Positions 1 to 12,657 of a DNA stretch of 64,000 nucleotides are shown here, piece by piece. The position numbers and the translations under genes were made by a program. This DNA comes from Lachnospiraceae bacterium (GTDB lineage Bacteria > Bacillota_I > Bacilli_A > RFN20 > CAG-826). Under the pieces are notes generated by a model, which did no database searches, was not told the origin of the DNA, and saw nothing but the letters and a program-made list of their open reading frames with translations. Position 1 is the first letter of the stretch. Each line of letters opens with the position of its first letter. The stretch covers positions 42,051 to 106,050 of the forward strand of contig CAVKZO010000001.1 in NCBI GenBank assembly GCA_963661135.1. Direction: 5' to 3'.

Positions 1-795
1 GAATAAAACAAGCATCCACATTAAAAATGACTTATTTTTAATGGTTAAAACAATCGATTTACCTAAATTTACTTGTTCTTCATTATTAATTAATTCATCT
101 TTAGTATCTTCACCATCTAATTTTCTTTTTTCAATATCACATAATCTATTAGATTTCTCTTTCATTATTAAAATCGGAATAAGCATAGTTAATGCTAGAG
201 GCATAAATATTAAAGCAATTACTCTAATATTTAAATAACCTACTAAAACAGGTATTAAAGCAAAACCTAATATAAAATAAATAATATCAAAAACGGATTT
301 AACATTTGATATATACATTCTATCTTTATCGGTTTTAGATATTTCAGCAAATGTAGCATAATATGTCCCCATAACAAGCGTATAAGATATATAATACAAA
401 CATAAAACAACACCATAAAATATAGTATTTAATAAATCATTTTCTATATCTCTAGGTATCATGATGAATAATCCATAAAAAGCTAATACGCTAATTAGCC
501 CAACAATTAATGATGGCCTTCTTCTACCGATTCTAGTTCTTAAATTATCGGTTATTCCAGCTACAGGTATATCGATAACTCCATCAATTATCTTTGCTAT
601 TAAAATAAAAATGGACCATATAGAAGCGATGACTAAGTCTTTACTTGCATATGTCCAATTGTTTAAATTTTCTTTAAAACCAGATGTTAAAAGAGCATCG
701 CACAAGTATGAACCAACAACAACATTTAATAAATTAACTCCGAATCCACCAATAGCGTAGAAAAAAAGAATTTTTCTGCTTGAAATTTTATTCAT
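1..795 (-). CDS. MFS/GPH-family sugar:cation symporter-like transporter; 5' (N-terminal) part, gene runs off the window edge
   Basis: Reverse-strand translation from ATG at 795 gives MNKISSRKILFFYAIGGFGVNLLNVVVGSY..., a multi-TM protein with GPH/MelB-like N-terminal motifs. It is open to position 1 with no stop in the window, so it is absent from the ORF track. Confidence 0.5.
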   Translation of the reverse strand, partial: MNKISSRKILFFYAIGGFGVNLLNVVVGSYLCDALLTSGFKENLNNWTYASKDLVIASIWSIFILIAKIIDGVIDIPVAGITDNLRTRIGRRRPSLIVGLISVLAFYGLFIMIPRDIENDLLNTIFYGVVLCLYYISYTLVMGTYYATFAEISKTDKDRMYISNVKSVFDIIYFILGFALIPVLVGYLNIRVIALIFMPLALTMLIPILIMKEKSNRLCDIEKRKLDGEDTKDELINNEEQVNLGKSIVLTIKNKSFLMWMLVLF

Positions 796-911
796 AACAT
801 TAAAATTTTAAAACTTTCACGTGTTTTTTTCAACTATACACAAATTTATCAAAAACATATGTTAATTTTTGAAATATCTTTACGTCTTGATAATAAAAGG
901 AGAAAAATAAA

Positions 912-1868
912 ATGAACATTAAAAAAAGAAAAATTTCAATAGCAATTACTGCATCATTATCAGCAGTATTATTAATTGGTGGAACAATCGCTTTAGCATC
1001 TTGTTTTACTAATAAACCAACTGAAGAAAACGACGATTCACCAATTAAAATTGAAACAAACAACGTTTTAGCAAAAAAGGTTAGTGATACTGAATATCAA
1101 TTAATTGCGACAGTTTATCCAGGATACAATTTCAATAAATCTGTCAAATGGGACTTATCGTTTAAAGATCCATCTTCAGAATGGGCAAAAGGTAAGCAGA
1201 TTGCTGATTACATTACTTTAAATGTCGATGCTACAGATTGTACAATTGCAAACGTCGTTTTAAAAAAAGCGTTTGGAGAGCAAATTATAATCACATGTTC
1301 TTCGGTTAATTATCCAGATATTAAAGCCAGTTGTACAATTGATTATGAAAAGAAAATTGAGGATATTAACTTCTATTTAAATAATGATAAAAATGCAAGC
1401 AATCCATATATTAAAGAAGGAGATAAAATTAAATCTGATTATGAAATAACCTATTCTTCAGTATTTTCTTTAGATAAAGAATATTCAGATATTAAAGTCA
1501 CTACTGATGTATATCTAGAAGATCAAGAGCCAGGAGTTTATATTACAAAATATGATGCTTCAGGAAAAACAATTAACTATAAAACAGTATTAAATTATTT
1601 AACTTCAATTTTAAATAATGAATCAACATTCAGTACAACTGCATTAATGAATCGAATTAAAAACGACGTTGACGCGGATATTTTTCTTGGAAACGAAAAT
1701 ATCGAAGAAAAAGAGCTTTATGTTGCTCACTTAAAAAATCAAGGGTTCGTATTTAGAGGGCAGCTTTATGATGGAACTAAAAAAGTAAAAGAATCAACAA
1801 AAACATATAAACTTAAATTAAAAGATGTAACTAGTCTTTCTTTAAGTGAAAATATAATCATATTTTGA
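912..1868 (+). CDS. Surface lipoprotein, unknown function
   Basis: Signal peptide with lipobox LASC (…GGTIALASCFTNKP). RBS AAAGGAGAAAA upstream. No recognisable catalytic motif. Confidence 0.6.
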   Translation: MNIKKRKISIAITASLSAVLLIGGTIALASCFTNKPTEENDDSPIKIETNNVLAKKVSDTEYQLIATVYPGYNFNKSVKWDLSFKDPSSEWAKGKQIADYITLNVDATDCTIANVVLKKAFGEQIIITCSSVNYPDIKASCTIDYEKKIEDINFYLNNDKNASNPYIKEGDKIKSDYEITYSSVFSLDKEYSDIKVTTDVYLEDQEPGVYITKYDASGKTINYKTVLNYLTSILNNESTFSTTALMNRIKNDVDADIFLGNENIEEKELYVAHLKNQGFVFRGQLYDGTKKVKESTKTYKLKLKDVTSLSLSENIIIF

Positions 1869-2356
1869 AAAAGTACAACAATATAATTTTATTTATTCTT
1901 TTATCATTTGTTTCTGTCTCAATTATTTCTTCCATATTCTTAGTAAGATATTATTTAGAAATTGATAATAAAAAGAATGAACAAGTAATAACAAACATTA
2001 AAGATGATTATATTTGCTCAAATACAATTTATAATGTTTCGTTAATATATAGAAGCAAAAAAGAAGCTATTGAATACTATTCATTTTCAATAGCTTCATC
2101 AAGTAAATATAAAATTAAAAACTTTGAGTACAAATTAACTGATATCAATTATAAAAAATATATAAAAACAAATATTATTGACAATAACTTTAGTTTCAAT
2201 TTTATATTAAGCGAACTAGATATTTATAAAATTGAGATTTTAAACGATGGATCTTTAATTAATAAATCAATTTTCAACCTAACAATAATATCTAAACACA
2301 TAAGATATACCTTAGATTTTAAAATAAATACCGAAAAAACTAGTTTTAATTTTTAA
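1865..2356 (+). CDS. Hypothetical N-terminally membrane-anchored protein
   Basis: TTG start overlapping the upstream TGA (TTGA). One N-terminal TM helix, then an N/K/I-rich domain. No homology recognised. Confidence 0.4.
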   Translation: MKKYNNIILFILLSFVSVSIISSIFLVRYYLEIDNKKNEQVITNIKDDYICSNTIYNVSLIYRSKKEAIEYYSFSIASSSKYKIKNFEYKLTDINYKKYIKTNIIDNNFSFNFILSELDIYKIEILNDGSLINKSIFNLTIISKHIRYTLDFKINTEKTSFNF

Positions 2357-2388
2357 AAAAATGGTAGAACTAAGTCTACCATTTTCTA
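2355..2388. terminator. Bidirectional rho-independent terminator (eno / upstream convergent gene)
   Basis: AAATGGTAGA-ACTAAG-TCTACCATTT 10-bp stem flanked by A-run/T-run. Confidence 0.55.
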
Positions 2389-2409
2389 TAAAATTCTATT
2401 ACTTATAAA

Positions 2410-3708
<1,299 letters not shown>

Positions 3709-3842
3709 TTAAAATTCTCCTTTATGACGATTAAATTATAATAAATTTTACTTTATAAGTTAAGAAAAACTATAAATTATTATCTACAATTTTGTATACA
3801 AGAATAATAATTTAAATTAACTTACTTTAATTCAGTATTTTT

Positions 3843-6800
3843 TTATTCTTCAATAGTAATATAGATTTGTTTATTAACATGGTACCCACCGTCTTCACTA
3901 GAATCATCAAACATAACAACTTTATATTCACCTGCAGGTAAATCAACCAATTCTGGTCTTAAATAATTTCCACTTTGCCCTGTTTGTTCTTTGATGTTAT
4001 AAGTTCCTCCAGATACATGATTCGAATCAATGACATAATACCAATAAATAGAAGCTACACCATTATCCTCGCCTGGATTTACTACATCATTTTTTAAATA
4101 AATTCCGACCCAATAATTTTTCTTACCATAAGCAGTAATTAAAATATCTTCACCAACTTTATATACTTCTTTATTCGTTGATAATTCGTTTTTAATTAAC
4201 GAAAGGACAGCGTATCTTCTTTCTATTTCAATTCCATCTTTCTCAAAAATAGCTACAGCATTAGTTTTTCCAAATTCATTAAGAGTATTATTTAAATATC
4301 TAACAGTTATTCCATCAGGAAGATTACCATCGATGGTTAAACTTTCTTCTTTTCCAGAATAATTTACTTCTTTATCCTCAAATTTTATATTTGATATATC
4401 GTTATCATCCAACTTTTCACTCTTTGATACATTTATATAAATTACATCATTAGGATCATAATTATATCCACTATCTTTAAAATATATAATTTTATAACTT
4501 CCTCCAGTTATTCCGCCTTGTAAATTATCAATGCCTTCTTGAATAACTTTAGTTCTTATATATTTATCATCATTATAGTTGATGGAGTACCAATATTTTG
4601 AAGGATCAGTAGACACTTCAGCATCACTTTTGTAAATTCCAATCCAAGCAGAATTCGTTCCGCTTCCAATACTATAATTGTTATCACATTTTGATGTAGT
4701 AACAAAAATATTCTCATTCTTTTTATAATTATTCTTATTTGTAACAAAATGTTTAACACTAATATTTGCAATTCTTTTACCAACTACTTCACCATCTTTT
4801 TTAAATGTAGCTGTTGCTTTTAAACTTCCAAAATCACTTATTTCGTTATTTTCATATTCTACAGTGATTCCTTCATTTAATATTCCTTTAATCTCTTTTC
4901 TATGTGTAGTTCCATCATATAAATAATTTTCGTCATCAAAAGAGATATTTCCTAAATCAACTTTATCTTCATAATCTAAATTTTCATCACATTTTGATGT
5001 ATCGGGAGTTGCCTTTGTCCAATCAAAATTTGAAAAATCATAATCAGTACCAAAAATATTGAGCATCTCTTGATATGACTTTACTGTTCCTTTTGCATGA
5101 TAGACTTTATCATTATCATAATAGGATAAATAATTTAAATATTTATTAGCAACTTTTTCGCTATATTGTGTATCAATATATTTCCATAGATTATATGCTT
5201 CTTTTTTATCACCATAAATATCCAATATACCAAAATTAGCATAAGCACTAGCCTCAATTTCATGATCGACACATCTATAATAAGAAAAACCACAAACCGA
5301 TTCTAATTGTGAAACTTTATAGTAAGCTAAAGCAATACATGCAGCCTGTATTTTCCTTAATTCGTTAATGTTGCTTCCAGGTTGTTCACAACTAGAAACA
5401 CCACTTTCAGTTAAATATACAGGTCTTAAAGAACCATTAACTTTTAAGTTGTCTTGATGAAGATAAATATCTAAAACTTCTAAATTTGAGAAAGTAATCA
5501 TAGCTGTTGCTTGGTGGTCTTCAGTGTTCGTTGGATATTGATTCATTCCGATTGTTTTTCCGCCCTTTGTAGATGTGATATCGTCTCCACCATACCAAGT
5601 ATCAATTTCGTAAACATTGCTTAAAGGTAAACTTCTACCATATGAATGTGGAGCTAATCCCCAATTATAATCACCTTGTAATTTACTTCTTTTATTTAAC
5701 CATTCAACTAAATCTAAAGGTGCATAGCCTTGTACTTCGTTTAATAAACCATTCTTTTCAGTTTTACCCCAATTATGAGTGATCGGCATACAAACAGTAG
5801 TTGAATTACAATATTTTTTTGATGCTAAATTCGCAATTCTAAGTAATCTAGAATATTCTTCCATATAGACATCTATCGGACTTTGTTTATCGCTTATTCT
5901 ATTATAAGATTGAGGGAAATCAATCTCATTTCCAATTACATAATTACTAATATATCCGTTTTCAAAATTATAAATAGAATGTCTATAATTAAGAAATTCA
6001 ATACATGCAATAAAATAGTCAAATCCATACTTATTTGATGTGTTTTGTCCCATTAAAGATGTACCTTCAGCCGCATAAGGCATATAAGTCAATTTAGAAG
6101 GGAATTTCTCTCCATTTGTATTTACACTGCACACTAATCCTAGTGTAATATTTGCTCCTAATTTATAAAAATTTCTTGTTTGCCTTTCTAAATCATCGAC
6201 TTTTTCTTTATCAAAATAATATGTGTTTCCATTTGCAATAAATGAATAAACTTTGCTTTCATCTGGATGATCAATCTCTATAGCTCTATCCCCTTCAAAA
6301 ACTTCATTTGGATAAATAAAACCATTTATATCTAGATTTAATACAGTATAAGAGCAATTTAAATCTTTAAATGATTCATAATCTTCACCAAACAAGCCTT
6401 TCTTCGATTTTATATTTAAAACTGGCTTAGAATTCACTAGTGGATCAACTTCAGTTACAAATACAGATCCTCTAATAATCTTGTTATTTCTTACAACATA
6501 AAATTTAGAATATAAATTATCGTAACCATCACTATCAAATCTATTTAATTCGATAGTTTGATTTGAACCTAACGTGTAATCTCCAACTTTATATTTTTCA
6601 TTAAATTCAACGAAGCTTTCACTTAATCCTGTAAAAAATTTATCTTCATCTTTTTCTTCTTGGAAATACTCATAACCTTTTAACATATAAACTTCTGTTG
6701 AATCATTACCAACTAATTCTTCATCACTATTTAAATTTAATACAATTTTATTAGATTTTGCTGATGCAGTTAATTTGATATATTGTTGGGTTTTTTCTAA

Positions 6801-6914
6801 TTCTAGTAAATCAATTTTGGAATCTTTCCAATTGTCATTACAACTCTCTAAACATAAAGATGTAGAACCAATAACCAAACTTAAAAATAATAAACTTTTA
6901 ATATGTTTTTTCAT
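3843..6914 (-). CDS. Large surface lipoprotein with a putative clan GH-A (TIM-barrel) glycoside hydrolase-like core and two C-terminal ~90-aa 'WVGIY…WYYV' repeat domains
   Basis: Start preferred at MKKHIKSLLFLSLVIGSTSLCLESC (lipobox LESC) with RBS AGGGAGAT. The track's start at 6950 lies inside the upstream gene. Motifs VIGNEIDFP (acid/base-like NE) and VYLTESG (nucleophile-like TE) suggest GH5-like chemistry. Repeats: …SAWIGIYKSD…YWYSINY… and …NYWVGIYLKND…IYWYYVID…. Confidence 0.6.
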   Translation of the reverse strand: MKKHIKSLLFLSLVIGSTSLCLESCNDNWKDSKIDLLELEKTQQYIKLTASAKSNKIVLNLNSDEELVGNDSTEVYMLKGYEYFQEEKDEDKFFTGLSESFVEFNEKYKVGDYTLGSNQTIELNRFDSDGYDNLYSKFYVVRNNKIIRGSVFVTEVDPLVNSKPVLNIKSKKGLFGEDYESFKDLNCSYTVLNLDINGFIYPNEVFEGDRAIEIDHPDESKVYSFIANGNTYYFDKEKVDDLERQTRNFYKLGANITLGLVCSVNTNGEKFPSKLTYMPYAAEGTSLMGQNTSNKYGFDYFIACIEFLNYRHSIYNFENGYISNYVIGNEIDFPQSYNRISDKQSPIDVYMEEYSRLLRIANLASKKYCNSTTVCMPITHNWGKTEKNGLLNEVQGYAPLDLVEWLNKRSKLQGDYNWGLAPHSYGRSLPLSNVYEIDTWYGGDDITSTKGGKTIGMNQYPTNTEDHQATAMITFSNLEVLDIYLHQDNLKVNGSLRPVYLTESGVSSCEQPGSNINELRKIQAACIALAYYKVSQLESVCGFSYYRCVDHEIEASAYANFGILDIYGDKKEAYNLWKYIDTQYSEKVANKYLNYLSYYDNDKVYHAKGTVKSYQEMLNIFGTDYDFSNFDWTKATPDTSKCDENLDYEDKVDLGNISFDDENYLYDGTTHRKEIKGILNEGITVEYENNEISDFGSLKATATFKKDGEVVGKRIANISVKHFVTNKNNYKKNENIFVTTSKCDNNYSIGSGTNSAWIGIYKSDAEVSTDPSKYWYSINYNDDKYIRTKVIQEGIDNLQGGITGGSYKIIYFKDSGYNYDPNDVIYINVSKSEKLDDNDISNIKFEDKEVNYSGKEESLTIDGNLPDGITVRYLNNTLNEFGKTNAVAIFEKDGIEIERRYAVLSLIKNELSTNKEVYKVGEDILITAYGKKNYWVGIYLKNDVVNPGEDNGVASIYWYYVIDSNHVSGGTYNIKEQTGQSGNYLRPELVDLPAGEYKVVMFDDSSEDGGYHVNKQIYITIEE

Positions 6915-6924
6915 AAATATCTCC

Positions 6925-8556
6925 CTATAAATTAATCTTATAGCATGCACTTGGAATATATTTTTTATTTACAAAATCTCTTCCAAGAACATAAATACAA
7001 TCATAATAGACTTTTATATAATATCCTTGACTACCTTTAAAATATTCGCCTGTAGGAACATAGTAACTATTCCGTAAATATGCAACAGAAGCAGTATTAA
7101 ATATATTTGGTAAAAAGTTGTCTTTTTTATAATGATTTTTTTCACTATTCATATCCCAATGGCTATGACCATTAAAGAAAAATATTTGTTTATATTTTTC
7201 AATTATATTTCTTAAAGCAGAGTCTTGAGTAACACCGTTCCGTCCTTGACCTTGTAAGCTTCCAGCTATAGTGTTATATAAAGATTGATGTAAATACACA
7301 AAGACCGGTTTATTAGGATCTTTAGCGTTTTCTTCTTTCATAATATTATCAAACCAATTTAATTGCCTCTCACTTATATAAGCATCAACACTACTATCAC
7401 TATTTTCACTTCCCAAAAATATATGAGTATATCCACCTATTTCAACTTTATAATATACTGAATCTTGCTTTGAATATTTATAGAAATAATCTACTTGTTT
7501 ATCGTATGTTCCACCATATAAATCATGGTTTCCTAAAGAATAATAAATATTACTAATTACTGATGAGCTAGATAATAAAGAGTTTGCTTCTTCCCGTTCT
7601 CTTTCACTTCCTGAATTAGCAATATCTCCAACAACTATTGTATCGGTGCTTTTACCTTCGTTCACTACTTCAAAATCTTTTAACATTTTTTTAAGATGTT
7701 CAGTATGTAAAATTTTAGCATCGCTTGAAGCTAAATGTGAATCTTCTAAAGCGATATGGATATCACTAATTATTTCAAAATTAAAAGATCCCCCCTCTTC
7801 AGCGTTTTTTAATGAATTTAATGTTAAATTTGGTAAGTTAAATTCTTTATAACTCGCGCTCATTCCAACGCTATTTTTTGAATATACAACTAATTTTGTA
7901 GCATCACTAGGAATTATCGAATCATCTTCTAATTTAATAGTACAAGGATTTGTATATACTTTTTCAGTTCTTAAACTTGTATAGTCTTCCAATATTCCCT
8001 TTTCGTTTGCCCAATACATTACAACTTCATTAACAGGAATATCATCAAATGTTAATTCAATAGTTCCGTTCGATGTACCACTAGTTAAATCATCAAGCAC
8101 ATAATTAACACTCGTTGGAGCATTAGGTAGAGTAACCTTATCATCTAAAACCTCAAAAGTGTATGTATCTAAAACATATTTAGAATAATCTTTCTTTTCC
8201 ATAGAATCATTAGAAAATAATACTGCTTTATATTTAAAACTAGGCATATTTTTAACAACATCTCTACTTGAATTATATGTTAATGATTTCGTTACATTAT
8301 AGTAATTATCGCTCACAAATCCATTCTTATTTACATAATACCATCTAATGGAATCAACTTTATTTATATCATCACTTTCTCTATATATACCAACCCAAGA
8401 ATTACTATCTCCTTTAGCTTTAATGTATATATCTTCAAATTTTTTATATTGTGTTTTGTTTGTAATAACTAATCCTTTACTTTCACTAGTGCAACTAAAA
8501 ATACCTAATAAAATAGGCGTAATTAAAAATGTTTTTAATAAATTCTTTTTCTTCAT
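6925..8556 (-). CDS. Lipoprotein with N-terminal 'WVGIY…WYYV' domain and calcineurin-like metallophosphoesterase domain
   Basis: Lipobox LGIFSC. Metallophosphatase motifs SDIH…VGDIANSG…LGNHD…YLHQ…NGHSHWD (DxH/GD/GNH[DE]/GHxH). Stop is 10 nt upstream of the next lipoprotein start, so the two form an operon. Confidence 0.75.
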   Translation of the reverse strand: MKKKNLLKTFLITPILLGIFSCTSESKGLVITNKTQYKKFEDIYIKAKGDSNSWVGIYRESDDINKVDSIRWYYVNKNGFVSDNYYNVTKSLTYNSSRDVVKNMPSFKYKAVLFSNDSMEKKDYSKYVLDTYTFEVLDDKVTLPNAPTSVNYVLDDLTSGTSNGTIELTFDDIPVNEVVMYWANEKGILEDYTSLRTEKVYTNPCTIKLEDDSIIPSDATKLVVYSKNSVGMSASYKEFNLPNLTLNSLKNAEEGGSFNFEIISDIHIALEDSHLASSDAKILHTEHLKKMLKDFEVVNEGKSTDTIVVGDIANSGSEREREEANSLLSSSSVISNIYYSLGNHDLYGGTYDKQVDYFYKYSKQDSVYYKVEIGGYTHIFLGSENSDSSVDAYISERQLNWFDNIMKEENAKDPNKPVFVYLHQSLYNTIAGSLQGQGRNGVTQDSALRNIIEKYKQIFFFNGHSHWDMNSEKNHYKKDNFLPNIFNTASVAYLRNSYYVPTGEYFKGSQGYYIKVYYDCIYVLGRDFVNKKYIPSACYKINL

Positions 8557-8585
8557 ACTAATATAGACGATTTTAATAAGCTTTT

Positions 8586-9240
8586 TTATTTATTTTTTAA
8601 ACTAAATTCACAACCGCAATAGTTTTGTCTATAGACGTTATATTTTTTAGACAAAGCGATTCCTATATCTTGTCCACCATCCCTTTTAAAATCGCATTGA
8701 ATATAATAAACATTTTGAAATTCATTTTCAATTTTTCTTCCTAACTCATTAATAAAAATACTATTTTTATTTCTTGAGATGCTCATTACTGTTGTCACAT
8801 AGTTAAAATTATTCTCTTTTGCATATTCAAAAAGTCTTCTAATTCTTTTTTCAATACAAATTTCACAACGTTTTCCGCCTTCTTTTTCATCTTTATAATT
8901 AATCAAGTCTTTAATAAATGATGAATGATCATAAAAATCTTCTATAACACTAATATGAGTATTTAAATCTTTTTCGATATTGCTTACATATTCTTTTAAT
9001 GTATTCAATCTTTTTAAATATTCTTCTTTAGGAGCGATGTTAGAGTTAGAAAATAGTATTGTTATATCAAATAAATCGGTCAAAAAAACTAAAGGGTAAC
9101 AAGAACATGCTCCACAGCAAACATGAAGCAATAATTTCGGTTTTTCACCTTTCTTTTTAATATTTTTATATTCTATAAAGAATTCTTTATAGTAATCAGA
9201 TTTTTTTGGAATCATATATAAACATCGCATCTCCAAAACT
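8586..9240 (-). CDS. queH: Epoxyqueuosine reductase QueH (DUF208)
   Basis: LLLHVCCGACS… and C-terminal YRQNYCGCEFS Cys motifs typical of QueH. Directly downstream of queA. Start at MRCLYMIPKK (GGAGAT 5 nt upstream) preferred over the track's 9281. Confidence 0.65.
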
Positions 9241-10236
9241 AAAGAAATGATATTTTTCTTCAACAGCATGCTTATATACATCTAGTGTAAATTCTCTTCC
9301 CATGAATGCACTTACAAGCATTATCAATGTTGATTTTGGTAAATGAAAATTAGTAATTAAGCAATCAATTGCTTTATATTCATATCCTGGACTAATAAAA
9401 ATATTTGTTGATGACTTTTCAGCTTTAAAACAATTAAATTTAGTAAAATTAGCTTCTAAAGTTCTTACGCAAGTTGTACCGACTGCAACGATTCTTCTTC
9501 CTTCTTTCTTTGCTAAGTTTAATTTTTCTGCAACTTCTTCTTTTATTTCGTATTCTTCACTATGCATTACGTGATCATTTGTATCTTTAACTTTTACAGG
9601 TCTAAAAGTTCCTAGTCCAATAGTTAAAGTAACATCTAATATTTCAACACCTTTTTCTTTTAATTTATCTAATAATTCATTAGTAAAATGAAATCCTGCA
9701 GTAGGAGCTGCAGCACTTCCTTCATTTTTAGCATACACTGTTTGATATTTATTATTATCATCAACTTCTTTATGAATATAGGGTGGTAAAGGTAAAATTC
9801 CTATTTTATCTAATTCTTCTAAAAAGATGCCTTTATATTTAAATTTTAATAATCTAATACCTTCATCTTTTACCCCAACACACTTAGCTACTAAAATATC
9901 ATCTTTAAAGTGCAATACCGAATCTAATTTAATCGCTTTAGCATTTCCACATAAGCATTCCCATGTATCATCACCTAAATCTTTTAATAATAAAACTTCA
10001 ACGTGAGCGTTTGTTACTTCTTTAGTTGCAAAAAGTCTAGCAGGAATAACTTTTGTGTTATTTCTTACTAAAACATCTCCTTTTTTAAAATAGTTTATAA
10101 TGTCATAAAAATAAGAATCTTTATAAGTATTTGTTCCTTTATCAACTAGTAACAATCTGCATTCATCTCTTACTTTACTAGGTTCTTGTGCAATTAATTC
10201 TTCTGGTAAATAATAATCAAATAATTCAATATCCAT
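9196..10236 (-). CDS. queA: S-adenosylmethionine:tRNA ribosyltransferase-isomerase
   Basis: MDIELFDYYLPEELIAQEP… canonical QueA N-terminus. ATG at 10236 sits 1 nt after the tgt stop, with AAGAGG RBS inside the tgt 3' end. Confidence 0.9.
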   Translation of the reverse strand: MDIELFDYYLPEELIAQEPSKVRDECRLLLVDKGTNTYKDSYFYDIINYFKKGDVLVRNNTKVIPARLFATKEVTNAHVEVLLLKDLGDDTWECLCGNAKAIKLDSVLHFKDDILVAKCVGVKDEGIRLLKFKYKGIFLEELDKIGILPLPPYIHKEVDDNNKYQTVYAKNEGSAAAPTAGFHFTNELLDKLKEKGVEILDVTLTIGLGTFRPVKVKDTNDHVMHSEEYEIKEEVAEKLNLAKKEGRRIVAVGTTCVRTLEANFTKFNCFKAEKSSTNIFISPGYEYKAIDCLITNFHLPKSTLIMLVSAFMGREFTLDVYKHAVEEKYHFFSFGDAMFIYDSKKI

Positions 10237-10237
10237 A

Positions 10238-11386
<1,149 letters not shown>

Positions 11387-11396
11387 TTATAGTTAT

Positions 11397-11984
11397 CTAA
11401 AACTTAAAATCCATAGATGTATTTGCATCAATTAGACTATAAAATCCCTTATATTTTTTTGCTAGAAGCGTAAATAAAGGATAACCAACACATACAATAC
11501 AAATAAACTCACCTAAAAATGTCCAACCGAATGTAATCATAAAAGCTGTAAATGTCATACCAGCTTGAACATCACATAAATACACAATTAACGGGACTAT
11601 AAGAGCATTCACAATACAAGGCATAAATGCAGATAATAATAAATTTTTAATGGTTTTACTAACCAAAACAATTAACAAGCAACCAATCAATGTTCCTAAA
11701 GTACCAAAAACCATATCAAATACCCCATATTGGCTCATTATGTTACTTAATAAACAACCTAATGTTAAACCAATTGTATATAAAGGATTAAAGAATACTA
11801 AAAGATTAAGCAATTCACTAAATCTTAATTGCAAACTTCCTCCATTATAACTTAATGGACCACACAATATAGTTATAACAGCATATAAAGCTGCTATTAA
11901 CGCATTAGTCACAATACATTTTACGGTTAAGTTCTTCTTAAACCATAAAGAAACGGATGAACCTTTTTTGTTAGATTCGTTCAT
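11397..11984 (-). CDS. queT: Putative queuosine-precursor transporter QueT (ECF-type S component-like membrane protein)
   Basis: 195-aa, 5-6 TM protein with a LQLRFSELLNLL motif resembling the QueT/ECF S-component signature. It sits immediately upstream of tgt-queA-queH in the same orientation with a 31-nt gap. Confidence 0.6.
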   Translation of the reverse strand: MNESNKKGSSVSLWFKKNLTVKCIVTNALIAALYAVITILCGPLSYNGGSLQLRFSELLNLLVFFNPLYTIGLTLGCLLSNIMSQYGVFDMVFGTLGTLIGCLLIVLVSKTIKNLLLSAFMPCIVNALIVPLIVYLCDVQAGMTFTAFMITFGWTFLGEFICIVCVGYPLFTLLAKKYKGFYSLIDANTSMDFKF

Positions 11985-12084
11985 AAAAATACCCCCTTGT
12001 TAAATTTTACGAGTGGTTAGTCAATGGGAAAGACACTCGAGTCGATATTAATTATAAAGAAAATAACGTTATATTCAAGATTAA
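11985..12084 (-). promoter_or_regulatory. Candidate preQ1-type riboswitch leader upstream of queT
   Basis: mRNA sense: …CGAGUG-UCUUUCCCAUUGACUAAC-CACUCG-UAAAAUUUAACAAGGGGGUAUUUUU-AUG. A 6-bp hairpin is followed by an A-rich tail ending in the SD (AAGGGGG). The loop UUCCC can pair with the SD G-run to form a pseudoknot. The tail resembles the preQ1-I UUAACAA…AAGG tail. Confidence 0.4.
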
Positions 12085-12630
12085 TTAGTTTAACTTACGT
12101 GTAAAGACATAAAAATATTCATTATTATAATAATTCATTTTAGCTCTTAACTCCTTCCAAAAAGTTAAATCGCAAAAGAAGAAATATAAAAACCAAAAAG
12201 GAACAAGAATACACAAAAAATAATACGGAATCCCAACTATTTTATAATTACAATCATCTAATAATTCAATTCGATATGCAAAAATTGCATTAAAAATATT
12301 ACCAATTTCTAATAAATAAAAACCACTTAAAATTAAAATTGTTAATGCTCTATTTTTAAATATTTTATATTTACAGTCATAAGCCAAGAAAACAATAGAT
12401 ACAACAACCATTAAAAACATAAAAAAATAAGATAAACAATCAAATGATAAGATAATCGGATTTTTAAAAGTAATACCAAATATTGAAATCCACAAACCAC
12501 CTAAAGCAGAAAATATGAATAAATTAAATGTGTAAACAAACAATTTTTGATAAATTTTAACATCTGTAATTTTATCAATATTATCTATTGAAATAAAACT
12601 ATAACGAATTTCTTTTTTATTCTTATTCAT
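12085..12630 (-). CDS. Small polytopic membrane protein, unknown function (intact copy of a tandemly duplicated family)
   Basis: 181 aa, 4 predicted TM segments. Motifs FGITFKNP, YLLEIGNIFNAIFAYRIEL and ILVPFWF recur in the two downstream ORF fragments. Confidence 0.55.
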   Translation of the reverse strand: MNKNKKEIRYSFISIDNIDKITDVKIYQKLFVYTFNLFIFSALGGLWISIFGITFKNPIILSFDCLSYFFMFLMVVVSIVFLAYDCKYKIFKNRALTILILSGFYLLEIGNIFNAIFAYRIELLDDCNYKIVGIPYYFLCILVPFWFLYFFFCDLTFWKELRAKMNYYNNEYFYVFTRKLN

Positions 12631-12657
12631 AAAATCACGACGAAATGTCTTACTTTT

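Noticed and set aside
41-238. 65-aa plus-strand ORF
   Set aside because: Lies antisense inside the window-edge transporter gene (1-795, minus). Low-complexity translation, no RBS.
830-1063. 77-aa minus-strand ORF
   Set aside because: Overlaps the promoter and 5' end of the 912-1868 lipoprotein gene on the opposite strand; no RBS. Likely spurious.
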